From Octopus vulgaris (lineage: Eukaryota), in NCBI GenBank assembly GCA_951406725.2, contig OX597816.1, positions 177,878,001-177,942,000 of the forward strand: a stretch of DNA of 64,000 nucleotides, written 5' to 3'. The translations under genes were made by a program, and so were the position numbers. The notes under the pieces were generated by a model. The model had not been told where the DNA came from and made no database searches. It worked only from the letters and a program-made list of their open reading frames with translations. This document shows positions 12,490 to 26,566 of this stretch, one piece after another. Every line of letters begins with the position of its first letter. Position 1 is the stretch's first letter.

Positions 12490-15016
12490 TACCATTCGGT
12501 GTCTGGTAGATGAATAGGGGCGCGAATTGCTCGAGCCAAGTAAAATGTGTGAGGCCTTTCAACAGCATTTTGCCCGACTGTTCGAGACGAGTGGTGGGCA
12601 AGAACGTAGGGTGGACTTCAGTGCCTACCTACACAGCCTGCCACGACTCTCGGCAAGAGAGGCAGGGCGCTGAGAAGGTGCCATCACGGCGGCGGAAGTG
12701 CAGGACGTGATGGCAGAATGCTGGAGGGACAAATCGCCGGGTTTGGATGGTCTACCCTACGAGCTTTACAGTTGTATGCCAGACTTGTTTGGAGACGTCT
12801 TGGCGGCGATGTACTACAACTGGCAGCAAAACGGGAGCATTCTTGGTTTTGTGAGCCGAGGAGCCGTAACACTGCTGAGGAAAGATCTAAACAAGGAGAA
12901 TGTAATAGATAACTTCAGGTCAATCACTCTGCAGACTTGAAAATTTTGGCCACGGTGTTAGCCAAGAGGTTGGCGCTTGTCATCGAGAAACTGGTCGACA
13001 AGGCGCAAAAGTGCGCCATGCCGGGCCGGAACATCCATAACAACCTCCACCTGATGCGCTACATCATAGACAGGGTAGTTAAGGAACCTGGCATGGGTGG
13101 GGCACTGATCAATTTGGATCAATCGAAAGCTTTCGATAGAGTAGACCATCGATACTTGGAGGCAGTCCTCAGAGCGGCTAGTTTCGGTCCCGTCTTCCGC
13201 GGCTGGATAGCCGCTTTGAACAGAGGCATCCGTTCGGTAATTCGCGTAAATGGACATCTATCGAGACCTTTCGACATCGCACGTTCTTCCGTCAGGGATG
13301 TCCCCTCTCGTCGCTTCTATACGTATTGACTCTCGAGCCATTATTGCAGACACTGGCAACTCTGAGAGGCATCCCGCGAGAACTGGGATGCGGGACGAGC
13401 GTGTCTTCGGTGGGCTTGCGACTCGGCACCAGGAGATACAAGCCCATGCCGTCCACCAGCGCCTCCGTCGTGGGACGCTGAACCGACGGTCCGGTCGAGT
13501 TGCTCGAGGTCTGGTTTGGTCCGGACCTCCAAATGGAGAAGAGCTGGAACGAGATAACGGCAATGGGCTGAGAGGAAACTGTCCCTAAAAGGTTGGGTGG
13601 AGGTGGCGAACTCGTACATCGCGCCCGTCATCTACTACCACCTGACCGTCGTTCTTGTCCCGACCCTACCATCACCAAACTAGAACGCATTATCTTCCGC
13701 TTCTTGTGGAAAGGATGCGTCCCGATGGTCAGGCGATCCATTTGCTGTCAACACCCGTTAAAAGGAGGACTGGGTATGCCGTGGTTGATGATGCGCAGAC
13801 ACGCGCTAAAACTGCGACATCTCAGGCTCTACGTAGACGACGGTGAACAGGTGTGGTCACCGTTTGTGAGGCACACTTTCCTGCAACTCGTCTCCATGAC
13901 CGAACTGCAGTCGTGGATCAAAAAGAGGCCGAGGAAGGGCGATTGGCACCGCGAGTGTCGCGTTACTCTCAAGCAACTATGCCGTTCCGGGTGGACCTTG
14001 AGTGACTTCAACACAACCCATGCATTCTATAGGGGATTAGTGAAGGGGAGGTACGACGACGAGCTCGGGGTGATCCTGGTATCGACGAGGAATACTTGAC
14101 CCGCCTGTTCCGGACGACTTTCGGGCCAGGGCCCATGGACAACTTCCAGAGATCCCTGGCCTGGCAGTGCTACCGAGAAGCGCTACCCGTTCGGGATAAG
14201 CTCTACAGACACGGCTCGAGAAACACGGGGTCGGCCTGCCCGAGATGCGGTCAGAGCGACGAAACCGTTCTGCACGCACTCGTGCAGTGTCCAACAATTT
14301 CCGACCTGTGGGCTTATGTCGAACAACTGCTGTCACGTGTGGGACGTGTCGGTTTATCAGCCGAGTCTATCGTTAATATCGTCACGCCTCCTTCCTTCAA
14401 ACGGGAAGGAAGAGCTATTTTCATCATCCTTGTGGCTATGGCGAAAGAATGTATCTGGTGGACGCGTCTGAAAGTATTGGAGACAAACACTTCCCTCTCT
14501 GGTCAATCTCTCATCAACTTCTTCAAGTATCACTTGAAAAGGAAAGTGAGAGTAGAGAGGCAAGTTTTGTCTAGCGAACGATTTCAAAAAGATGGGTGAA
14601 TGTAGCAAGGACGGCACGTATGAATGACGAAGCCACCTTGAGCATAATCCTATGAACCCGGAAATTTAAAACAGAGGGTTACCTACTTGCAAACAAATGT
14701 GGTAACATGTAACAATATTGACCGAGGTTACGTGATCTTTTCCCGTAGACTTTTCTTCCCACGGATAAACCTTATCTGCTTCCCCTTTACACCTTACACC
14801 ATGACACTGTGATACACGATCCCTATAGATCGTTTTTTTTCCTTTTTTGTTTCTTTTCATTTTTTTCCTTTATTTTTCTTGTTTCTGCTTTCCCTTTTAC
14901 GATCCCTTTTGATCGAAAACCTACCCCACCTTTATTTTTTTTTCTTCCCAAAAAGAAAAGCTCTACTTTGTAATCTGTCCTGTCTGTGTGCAGCCCTGTG
15001 TGGCTAATAAAGAAAC
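12490..15016 (+). mobile_element. 5'-truncated, frameshifted Tx1/L1-clade LINE (RT plus C-terminal zinc finger)
   Basis: KSPGLDGLPYELY, KILATVLAKRL, LDQSKAFDRVDH, RQGCPLS, KGGLGMP and CPRCGQSDETVLHALVQC in successive frames. The YADD region appears deleted. 3' UTR ends AATAAAGAAAC. Confidence 0.9.
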
Positions 15017-15055
15017 ATATCTATCAATCAATCTATCTATCTATCTATATCTATA

Positions 15056-15110
<55 letters not shown>

Positions 15111-15170
15111 GAGAGAGAGAGAGATACATATACATACATACATACATACATACATACATACATACATACA

Positions 15171-15204
<34 letters not shown>

Positions 15205-15269
15205 CATATATATACGTTTAAATATTTGTTGTGCAAGATTTTTTATGTGAAGTCGTGTGTTGAAACAGA

Positions 15270-15352
15270 TATTGTTATATTTCGGAATGGTCATATTGCC
15301 AGTTTAGTTTTTATTGGCTAAACTGGCAATATGACCATTCCGAAATATAACA

Positions 15353-15355
<3 letters not shown>
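15270..15355. repeat. Perfect 38-bp inverted repeat with 10-nt spacer
   Basis: 15270-15307 is the exact reverse complement of 15318-15355. Confidence 0.9.
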
Positions 15356-15784
<429 letters not shown>

Positions 15785-16102
15785 TGTGTATGTTTATTTA
15801 TGTATATATATGTATGCAAATATATATGAACATTTATGTGTGTGTGAGAGAGAGAGAGAGATAGTGAGGGAAAAGATTAAGTTCAAGTTCATCCTTTACT
15901 TTGGAGGGTTCCAAAGGTCGATTTCTAATAAAGCTTCTTCATATTTCATTGGTAGTTTACTGTTTTAAGAATTTTGAGAATATGAAAATGCTACAAGTAT
16001 AAGGTGTGTTATGCGAATTTATATCAACAAGTATCCTATAGAGACTCAAAAAACTGTTAAAAATGGAGAAGGGATATCAAAAATTTTCAAATTTGAAACA
16101 TA

Positions 16103-16560
16103 TAGGCGCAGGAGTGGCTGTGTGGTAAGTAGCTTGCTAACCAACAGATTAAGTTCAAGTTCATCCTTTACTTTGGAGGGTTCCAAAGGTCGATTTCTAA
16201 TAAAGTTCCGGGTTCAGTCCCACTGCGTGGCACCTTAGGCAAGTGTCTTCTACTATAGCCCAGGGCCGACCAATGCCTTGTGAGTGGATTTGGTAGACGG
16301 AAACTGAAAGAAGCCTGTCGTATATATGTATATATATATATGTGTGTGTGTGTGCGTGTGTCTGTGTTTGTCCCCCTAGCATTGCTTGACAACCGATGCT
16401 GGTGTGTTTACGTCCCCGTCACTTAGCGGTTCGGCAAAACAGACCGATAGAATAAGTACTGGGCTTACAAAGAATAAGTCCCGGGGTCGATTTGCTCGAC
16501 TAAATGCGGTGCTCCAGCATGGCCGCAGTCAAATGACTGAAACAAGTAAAAGAGTAAAAA
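16103..16560 (+). mobile_element. SINE family A: tRNA-like head, CORE-like ccttgggcaagt box, internal microsatellite
   Basis: A/B-box-like tggctgtgtggt and ggttcagtccc. Multiple copies in the window. Confidence 0.85.
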
Positions 16561-16669
16561 AAAGTAAAAAAAAAGTATCTCCTCTTCTCCATCTTTAACA
16601 GTTTGTTGAGTTTCTAAAGGATACTTGTTCGATAAATTCTCATAACAAACTCTTATATATTTTGCTTTT

Positions 16670-17086
16670 CTTACTCTTTTACTCCTTTACTTGTTTCAGT
16701 CATTTGACTGCGGCCATGCTGGAGCACCGCCTTTAGTCGAGCAAATCGACCCCGGGACTTATTCTTTTTGTAAGCCCAGTACTTATTCTATCGGTCTGTT
16801 TTGCCGAACCGCTAAGTGACGGGGACGTAAACACACCAGCATCGGTTGTCAAGTAATGCTAGGGGGACAAACACAGACACACAAACATATACACACACAC
16901 TTATATATAGATACATATATACGACAGGCTTCTTTCAGTTTCCGTCTACCAAATCCACTCACAAGGCATTGGTCGGCCCGGGGCTATAGCAGAAGACACT
17001 TGCCCAAGGTGCCACGCAGTGGGACTGAACCCGGAACCATGTGGTTGGTTAGCAAGCTACTTACCACACAGCCACTCCTGCGCCTA
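16670..17086 (-). mobile_element. SINE family A
   Basis: Reverse complement of 16103-16560. Confidence 0.85.
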
Positions 17087-17607
17087 TTTACATTATATTT
17101 ATTATATACATACATGTGTGTGTGTATGTGTGTGTGAGTGTGTGTGTACGACAGGCTTCTTTCACTTTATGTTTACTAAATCCACTCACAAAATTTTGGT
17201 AGGCCAGCGTCTATACTAGAAAACACGTCCACAAGGTCAGTAGGACTGGGCCCGGAACTATGTGGTTGGAAAGCAAACCTCTTACCATACAACCCTACCT
17301 GCGCACGTATATAAGCTGTTTTACTTAAATTTCGTAGTACTCTAGATATCTCTATATCTTGAATTGCCAAAGTGATGCTGCAGCGTGGCCGGAGCTGTAA
17401 TGAACTGAATTCTGATTGCATGTGAGTCAAGAAGCTCGCTTTGCAACGGCGTCCTCTCAGTTTCAGTTCCACTGCGCAGCGTCTTGTGACACCGGGCTGA
17501 CAAATGGCTTGTAGTTCAATTAGCTAGACGGAAACTGTGTGGAATCCTGCCATATATTTATATATATATATACACACACACACAAACACACACACATATA
17601 CATAGAC

Positions 17608-17652
17608 GTATGTATGTATGTATGTGTGTGTGTATGTATGTATGTATGTATG

Positions 17653-17686
<34 letters not shown>

Positions 17687-18450
17687 TGTATGTGTGTGTG
17701 TATGCATGCATGTATGTATGTATGTATGTATGTATGTTTGTATGTATGTATGTATGTATGTGTGTGTGTATGTATGTATGTATGTGTGTGTGTGTATGTA
17801 TGTATGTATGTATGTATGTATGTATGTATGTATGTATGTATGTATGTATGTATGTATGTATGTATGTATGTATGTGTGTATGTATGTATGTATGTGTGTG
17901 TATGTATGTATGTATGTATGTATGTATGTATGTATGTATGTATGTATGTATGTGTGTATGTATGTATGTATGTATGTATGTATGTATGTGTGTGTGTATG
18001 CATGCATGTATGTATGTATGTATGTATGTATGTTTGTATGTATGTATGTATGTATGTATGTATGTATGTATGTTTGTATGTATGTATGTATGTATGTATG
18101 TGTGTATGTATGTATGTATGTATGTATGTATGTATGTGTGTATGTATGTATGTATGTATGTATGTATGTATGTATGTGTGTATGTATGTATGTATGTATG
18201 TATGTATGTATGTATGTATGTATGTATGTATGTATGTATGTATGTATGTATGTATGTGTGTATGTATGTATGTATGTATGTATGTATGTATGTGTGTGTG
18301 TATGCATGCATGTATGTATGTATGTATGTATGTATGTGTGTATGTATGTATGTATGTATGTGTGTATGTATGTATGTATGTATGTATGTATGTATGTGTG
18401 TTATGTGTGTATGTATGTATGTATGTATGTATGTATGTGTATGTATGCAT
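17608..18450. repeat. ~840-bp (ATGT)n array
   Basis: Direct reading. Source of the YVCM/HTYI ORFs. Confidence 0.95.
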
Positions 18451-18683
18451 GTGTGCGTGTGCTTTTGTGCTTATCTCCCAACCGTTTGACAATCTCTGTG
18501 CTTGTTTACATCCTTGTGATCCTAGCAGTTCGGCAAATGACACCGACAGAATTAGTACCGGACTTTTGAAATAACTACCGAAGTCGATTTAAACCCTTAT
18601 AAGCAGGGTCCCAACATGATTGCAGACCAACGACAGACACCAGCAATAGATGTGTGTGTGTGTGTGTGTGTGCGCGTGTGTGC

Positions 18684-18724
<41 letters not shown>

Positions 18725-19057
18725 TGTGTGTGTGTGCGCTTAATCTATACGCATTGCGAATCCCACATACCATGTCAGAAGTTGATGACATCGATTAACG
18801 TCAAAAAAACTTTTCAACGCGAAGCGGGATTGCAATGAAGCCATGCTCAGGAAATGTCTCCCTTATATTATAGATATCAGTCATATACTTGTTACGTATA
18901 TCGCCAGCTAAAATGATCAGAAGCACAGAATTAAGCCCTCCACACGGGGATGCTCATCACAGAACATTATGTAGTATGTATAGTAGTAGTAGTAGTAGTT
19001 CGTCAGTCATTTTAACTTTCTTTTAGCTTCACACTTTTCTAGTTGGTTTACCTTCTG

Positions 19058-19095
<38 letters not shown>

Positions 19096-19432
19096 TTTCT
19101 CTCTCCCTCTTTCTCTCCCTCTTTCTCTCTCTCTCCCTCTCTCCCTCTTCCTCTCTTTGTCTCTCACTTTTTCTTTCTCTCTCTTCCTCTCTCTCTCCCT
19201 CTCTCCCTCTTTCTCTCTCTCTCCCTCTCTCTCTCTCCCTCTCTCTCTCCCTCTTTCTCTCTCTCTCCCTCTCTCTCTCCCTCTTTCTCTCTTTGTCTCT
19301 CACTTTTTCTTTCTCTCTCTCCCTCTTTCTCTCTCTCCCTCTCTCTCTCCCTCTCTCTCTCCCTCTTTCTCTCCCTCTTTCTCTCTCCCTCTTTCTCTCC
19401 CTCTTTCTCTCTCTTCCTCTCTCTCTCTCTCT
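19058..19432. repeat. Polypyrimidine (CT)n-rich tract
   Basis: Direct reading. Confidence 0.95.
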
Positions 19433-20246
19433 TACCGAGTTTAGTTTTCTCTTTCTCTTACTTCCCTCATATAAATGATTTACACACGTATATATAAGTA
19501 ATATCTGTATGAGTGTATCTGTGTGCGCGTGAACGTTTGAATGCCAGTGCGTTTGTGTATATGCGTGTGTGTTTGTGCATGTGTGTGTGTGCATGTGCGT
19601 GTGTGTGTATCTGTATTTATATACATACACACACATACACACACACACACACATACACACACATATATATGTACATATTTTATGTGTAAGCAGATATATG
19701 TTTGTGTATACGTGTATGTGTGTGTGCTAGCGGACCAAGTCACTAATATTACACCATCTGCAGTTGTCTATCTCCCTGCATCTCTATGTTGTACACAACA
19801 GCTCTAAATCCAGGTAAGAGTTTGTTATTGCAGACATAACATAAGTAGGTTTAATTTGAGAGGAAGACACAACGAACTTCCTGTTACGTAAAGGTTAACA
19901 CGTCTTCTCTGTAGGTAAAAAGATACGGAGTTGAATATGGCTATCATTATTTTTTTATTTTCGATTTTTTTTTTCTGTTTCACACAGTATGTGGTAAGAA
20001 GTTTTCTTCCGAAGCACATGGTTCTAGGATCAATCCCACTGCGCGATACCATGGACAAGTGTCTGCTACTGTAGCCTCAGGCTGATCAAAGTCTTGTGAT
20101 TGGATTTGGTAGGCGGACCATGCTTAAAGTAATAAGTACTGGAGTCGAATCGTTCTACTAAATTACTTCAAGCCACTGCCCCAGCATGACCGCAGTTTAT
20201 TGACTGAATCGAGAGAAAGATAAAAGATAATAGATCTTTATTATTA

Positions 20247-20302
<56 letters not shown>

Positions 20303-20759
20303 GTGAGAGAGCAGTTTAAGCCATCAAAGTGACACTGGGGTACAAATATATGAAGCTCAGTATGATAAGGGTACAACCATATGTGCGCAACATAGTGATC
20401 TCATATCAAGATAACAGCACATGACCTTGCAGGGGTGGGGTGGCAGTTAAAATTTTCTTCAGGTCTAGTAGCTCATCCTGCTCAAAAGGTCGTTGAATAA
20501 GGGTTGTTTAAGGATGTTGAACGAAATACCCATGTTTCCAACGGTGAATTATTCAAGCCCTAAAGAATTCCTCTCAACACATGGCTATGATGCTCCCCCA
20601 TTATTTCTGCTCGGGATCAGAGATGTACATATTGTCGGCCACCAAGGGACATGCTCAACTGGTTAAGGTTGGACATCTGCGATCATCATACCCAAACTGA
20701 GATTTCATCTTCTACTCCTTCCCCAGTACACTTCTGATAGAATTTTATACCATTTTCGT

Positions 20760-22440
20760 ACAAAACTAAGAATTTATATGGAGTAAATAACGAAACATAC
20801 AAACTACTACCAGCGAACAGTATTAGAGATGTGTAATACTATTCGTTAGTAGTCGTCTGAATGCTGCATCTAAGCTTATGATTACATTAACTATGGAACC
20901 AAACAGATAGCTATTAAGTCAAGCATTGAAGATAGAGGGTAGAAGGATGCCTATATAACATTTGAAAACCACAACCCGAACATGGCCTCTAATCCCAAAT
21001 ATCAGCTGTTTAAACCAGCGAAGTTGGAGTTCGATTAGGTGAGCAAACACCAGCTCAGAAAGATCAAGATTGACATAAGATCATCCGGTCTTTCTCTATG
21101 GTAAAACACTAATGAAGTCGGCTCATTGCTTTAAAATAACTGCAACAGAGCCAGGGTTCGATTCACCTAGTTTTATGTCGCAGACATTTATATATCAATA
21201 TCAAGGGACTTGTTATATGGAGCACTCGACTTTGTTAAAAACTATGCTGACATTAGTGATATAGACATAAACATTATTACGCACGCCAGAAAAATTCTTA
21301 TGTTCAACTAGGATACAACTTGGGTCAAGCGAAATGACCCGAAAGCTTCCTTGATTTGGTGATAGGAGATTTTCACGGTGCTACCATTTGCGAGCTTTTA
21401 GTCCTTGATAAACTGAGTTGGGAATTCCTGCAACTAGCTTTAGGCTATACAGGGAAAACACTGAGGTATTATGGAAATGAGTAAACGGCTACACACTCGG
21501 TGGAATTAGGAGGACCGAACTCATGCCTTAATACTTCCGGATTCAAAATTACAATAGCGACAAACTTGAACTTATTAAATCTAGACATAAATTCTTCTGA
21601 AAAATCAAACGAGAAGCTGACATGTATTAACACAGTTTCCTGCTATCCAGCCATAGCTTTTGTAAACCTCGTTAAGGGCGTTAGGAGAAGGATCTTCAAA
21701 CCACGTTTTTATAAGATCTTCAACGTGGTTCTAGTTGCTAATTGTTTCAAAGATGGCATTAATTATAGTCCTGATTTTAGCCCTACCAAGTGAAAGCTCC
21801 CTCTTAAGGTTACAATGCTTAGCAACCCCATTGTTTCTTAATATTATGACTTTTGTTGCTAAGTTTTTGCATAGAGTAGTAGATAGCATTTTCATCAGAC
21901 ACATAAGTACAGGAAATGTTTCGATAACTATGATGACTTGAAACTCTCTTCTCTATCTGGATACCTAACATAAATTTTAGTAAAATAGGTTCATACGAAG
22001 TACAGTGACTATGGTTTATTCAGAAGTAACACCACCTGCCCACTAAACAGTCAGTATAACACGAAAACCGTCAAGTATGAGGCAGAAATACTATCGGATG
22101 TTCCCAGCGAAGCTACGAATGTACAGAGATCTGTTGAAGCTACGGAGGGTTTTTCAAGACTAGACTGAATAATCACAAGTCTTCTTATAAATTCCAAACT
22201 TGTCCAAATACATTCGGCTACTGAAAAAAATCAAAACATAACATTTTCTGGACATTACTGGGAAACTATAGCCCAAACCGCGACAGCAGTAGGAAGTGCA
22301 GATATTGTTTAATGCGAAGAAAGATTAAAAGATTATCATGCAGAATTCGGTCCATTCAGAGACCCTCTAGAGATTTCTCCACTAGTCCTCATGAGTAGAA
22401 ATATATATTAGCTAACTGGTTGGTTCCATCCTAGCAGTAA
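20760..22440 (+). pseudogene. Decayed Naiad-type PLE (RT plus GIY-YIG)
   Basis: Translated fragments AYITFENHNPN..NPKYQLFKPAK, ISRDLLYGALDF..IITHARK..WVKR, GDFHGATICEL, CPLNSQ..VKYEAEI, KTRLNNHKSS, LSKYI, KCRYCL occur in the expected order. Confidence 0.75.
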
Positions 22441-22894
22441 GAGTTGGTTTCAATCCCATTTGAAGTACCTTAACTATCAACAGTTGTTTCCCCACACCAA
22501 ACGGTCACACGTTTTAAAAAAAGAATCCATTTCCGTCTTTATAGCCCTCCTCATCTCTATCTCTCTCCCTCACCCTATCCCCTTCACACTTCCACAATCA
22601 CATATACAACAACTGGAGTGCACTATTGCCACTTCAATGCTGACACATTGACTAAAAGGACCAATCGAAAGTATGTAGCTCTGCTGGGGCTAAGGGCTAC
22701 CCATTTTTTTTTTATTCTTGTAACTTTGACACTGATGCTTTAATCTTCTCTCAAAACTATTAACATCTCTCAAAATCGTAAGCCAAATGTGGAGTGAATG
22801 TATATGAACAATAAATATGAAATATTGTGTCTTCCATTTCGTTACATATTTAAGAATGATACATTTTTGGACGTAAAAATAAAAATTATATATA

Positions 22895-23298
22895 TAGGCG
22901 CAGGAGTGGCTGTGTGGTAAGTAGCTTGCTAACCAACCACATGGTTCCGGGTTCAGTCGCACTGCGTGGCACCTTGGGCAAGTGTCTTCTGCTATAGCCC
23001 CGGGCCGACCAATGCCTTGTGAGTGGATTTGGTAGATGGAAACTGAAAGAAGCCTGTCGTATATATGTATATATATATAAGTGTGTGTGTATATGTTTGT
23101 GTGTCTGTGTTTGTCCCTCTAGCATTGCTTGACAACCGATGCTGGTGTGTTTACGTCCCCGTCACTTAGCTGTTCGGCAAAAGAGACCGATAGAATAAGT
23201 ACTGGGCTTACAAAGAATAAGTCCCGGGGTCGATTTGCTCAACTAAAGGCGGTGCTCCAGCATGGCCGCAGTCAAATGACTGAAACAAGTAAAAGAGT
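22895..23298 (+). mobile_element. SINE family A
   Basis: Matches 16103-16560. Confidence 0.85.
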
Positions 23299-23419
23299 GA
23301 CCAGCCAAAAAAATATAGTTTCTAAAACGTTCTTCTAGACCTACTCAATAATTAGCTACGTCATTGTTTTGTTAGTTACGTCATTGTTTTGTGTGATGTT
23401 TCTTTTTTATCGTACTTGC

Positions 23420-23760
23420 TGGGTTTGAAAGAAGAGCACAGTGACCAGGACCTTCGTAGGCTCTCCATGACCGATGAGATTGATGGGGTTAATACTCAGC
23501 TCTGACTGTTGCTAGGGGACATATGATAGGAAGACAAAACTGCGGAGGGACTTGTAGAGGAATGTTTTGAAGTAGGAAGGACTATACGTAGAGATTAGTG
23601 AGGAACATGGAAAAGGGTTGGACGGCATGTAGTTGATATGAGGAGGATTCATAAGGTAGATGAGAGTAGCTGAGGAAAGGTGGTAGGGGCCTAACCCGCT
23701 CTAAAGAGCAGACACTTGTACTGAAGCAGTAGTGAAGGTAGGTGTTGGTGGTGGACAAAT
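23420..23760 (-). mobile_element. Possible decayed L2/CR1-group LINE 3' fragment
   Basis: Minus-strand translation resembles C-terminal LINE ORF2 (YC..VCS.E...SF...SLP..VFP). Confidence 0.35.
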
Positions 23761-24047
23761 ACAGACACACACACAAATACATACATACGTACGTACGTAC
23801 ATACGTACATACGTACATACATGCATGCATACATACATACATACATACATACATACATACATACATACATACATACATAGCATAACATAGAACATAATTT
23901 CTTGGTTTATTAATATAACTTCGGCCTCTAAGGCGGTGAGCCGGCATAATCATTACAGCGTCGGACAAAATGCTTTACGTTGTTTCGTCCGTCTTTATGC
24001 GCTGAGTTCCAATTCCACCGAGATCGTCTTTACCTTTCATCACTTAC

Positions 24048-24183
24048 AAGCCAGTGATCCTGTTCGTTCGGAATAACTCGGAATGTTTCCGCATAGTGGT
24101 GAAACTAGTGGCGTAGAGTGTACACTGTTTAGGCGGATGCAGTACTACTTCGAGTTATTCCGAACGAACAGGGTCACTGGCTT
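24048..24183. repeat. 33-bp inverted repeat (1 mismatch) enclosing 70 bp
   Basis: 24048-24080 versus 24151-24183. Confidence 0.85.
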
Positions 24184-24651
24184 CGACCATATTACACAAA
24201 CCATATCTGAGACAACCCCAGTTGTCTCGACACAAAACGTTGTTTGTTAATTGTTTATTTTTATTCATCCAACCATGTAACACGATTCTATCATGTGACA
24301 TTTTCCTACTCTCACATCGTTTATCTTTTAGCTTGCACCTATCCATTCAATCGTGCGACACTTTATTGACTCTATCATGCAACATTTTTTAGATATTGCC
24401 ACATTTTATGGAGTTATTCTTTTCCACCATGCAATACTTGTTCTTAGTAGTCTTATTCACTAACATCGTGGTCAATTGGAATTATAGTTTAACATGTTAC
24501 ATTTCATTTTGGAATAGAATAATTGCAATATTTTTAATAAAATCATTATCTGACCACAATGTCATTATTTGTTCCTACGTTTTAACAATATCTCTTCCAT
24601 TATTCTCAAACGGTTCGCTCTAGAGAAAACCCATGTCCTCGTCAAATCTTC

Positions 24652-24729
<78 letters not shown>

Positions 24730-24899
24730 AGAAAGGAGTCAACGGGCATTCTACGGAAAACATGCTACCGTGCATATCATACACAGAAAAGAAATCTTTC
24801 TGACGCTGCCAACCATCAACTTATCACATTCACTTTTAATGTCGCAAAAGTGATGGCAGCAGTCAACACGGAGAAAGTGTTTATGTTTGCTGCCCGGTT

Positions 24900-25800
24900 G
24901 GCATCAAATATTTTAAGTCTACATTCAGCAATATTCGCTAATAGAAAATTTAGTAAATGTGAATTACAAAATATATTGTTTATCTTTCATTCAAACCTAC
25001 AATAAAATTTATTGCTACAACCAAAAATATCTAAATTCTATCGTTGAAGATTGTCAAAACATTACTGCATAAGTCCATGGTCATAATTGATTTGGAATCA
25101 AATACTATCAAAATTGCGGTAACTTTCCATCATTCCGAAGACAACAAAATACTAGCAATATCAGGAAGTCAAGTTATTAGGCAGTTCTTTTTATTTGAAC
25201 TGGCCTTCTGCCTAATTAAATTAATCAACGTTTTAGCTGAAATCTGCCATTTTCATTACTTAAGAGTTCGGTCAAAAAATCACGAAACAAAATCTATGGA
25301 AAAGAGCTTATAACAAAAGGCAACAACATTCAGGTCTTTACTAAAATTCAAGCAGTATGACTTTAGTAGTTTGCAATATTTCATAGGAAAAGATGCAAAC
25401 AACTGAATGGGTGTTACTGAATATAACCATCTATTTAAACAACACATTAATGTCCTTGAGCTTGACAAACATCCTGAGGAGAAAGTGATACTAACAAACG
25501 CTTCGTCACCTTGTGTTAACACAAAATTCATATGATAGTACCATTTCTCGTACCTCAGAATAATGTTTACTCATGATTTATATATTTTTAGAGGTCAACT
25601 GAACAAGCTATGAAATAGAAATAAAGGTTTTCTGCAGTGCTGAGCTCATATTTTCCCATTGACAAAGCCCTGTCTAAGATTGACACTCTAAGCATTGAGA
25701 GAAGTATTTTTCAGTTGAAAATATGAGATCATTTTGCAGAAGTAAAAGTTTGTATTGAATAAAAACGTTTGCATGAAGTTTTTGTCTTTTTGTTTTTGCG
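24900..25800 (-). pseudogene. Possible decayed PIF1-like (Helitron) helicase
   Basis: Minus-strand fragments FVLTQG.., ISAKTL and FG.D.KLPQ loosely match SF1 motifs I-III in order. Confidence 0.3.
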
Positions 25801-25917
25801 TATATGTAACACAATACTTAATAATTTATATGGTCAGTTAGTTGATTTAAATCCAGTACTATTAATGCTTGCCATTTCTGTTGACAAATATGCGTATCGT
25901 AGCCTTAAAATGGTCCC

Positions 25918-25985
<68 letters not shown>

Positions 25986-26002
25986 CCTATCTATCTATCT
26001 AT

Positions 26003-26442
26003 CGAATGGCACCGCGAGTGTCGCGTTGCTCTCAAGCAACGCTGCCGTCCTGGGTCGACCTTGAGTGACTTCATCACAACCAAAGCATTCTATAGGGGAT
26101 TAGTGGAGGGGAGGTACGACGACGAGCTCGGGGCGAACCTGGACGTCGACGAGGAGTACCTGACCCGCCTGTTTGGGACGACTTTCGGGCCAGGGCCCAT
26201 GGACAACTTCCAGAGATCCCTGGCCTGGCAGCGCTACCCGTTCGGGATAAGCTCTACAGACACGGCTCGAGGAACACGGGGCCGACCTGCCCGAGATACG
26301 ATCTCTTTTGATTGAAAACCTACGTCACCTTTTTTTTGTTTCTTTTGTTTTTTGTTTTTTGTTTTTTTCATCCCCCAAAAGAAAAGCTCTGCCTTGTAAC
26401 TTGTCCCATCTGTGTGCAGCCCTGTGTGGCCAATAAAGAAAC
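26003..26442 (+). mobile_element. Internally deleted copy of the Tx1-like LINE 3' end
   Basis: Matches 13940-14250, then jumps to ~14900-15016. (CTAT)n on both flanks. Confidence 0.9.
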
Positions 26443-26505
26443 TTATCTATCTATCTACCTATCTATCTACCTACATACCTATCTATTTATCTATCTCTCT
26501 ATCTC

Positions 26506-26566
<61 letters not shown>

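Noticed and set aside
17520-18574. Long ORFs of 250-340 aa (HTYI/YVCM), and similar IY, LSIY and ER ORFs elsewhere
   Set aside because: Translations of stop-free microsatellites, not genes.
19726-19820. Possible exon ending at CAG|GTAAGA
   Set aside because: No recognisable coding content; cannot be supported without transcripts.
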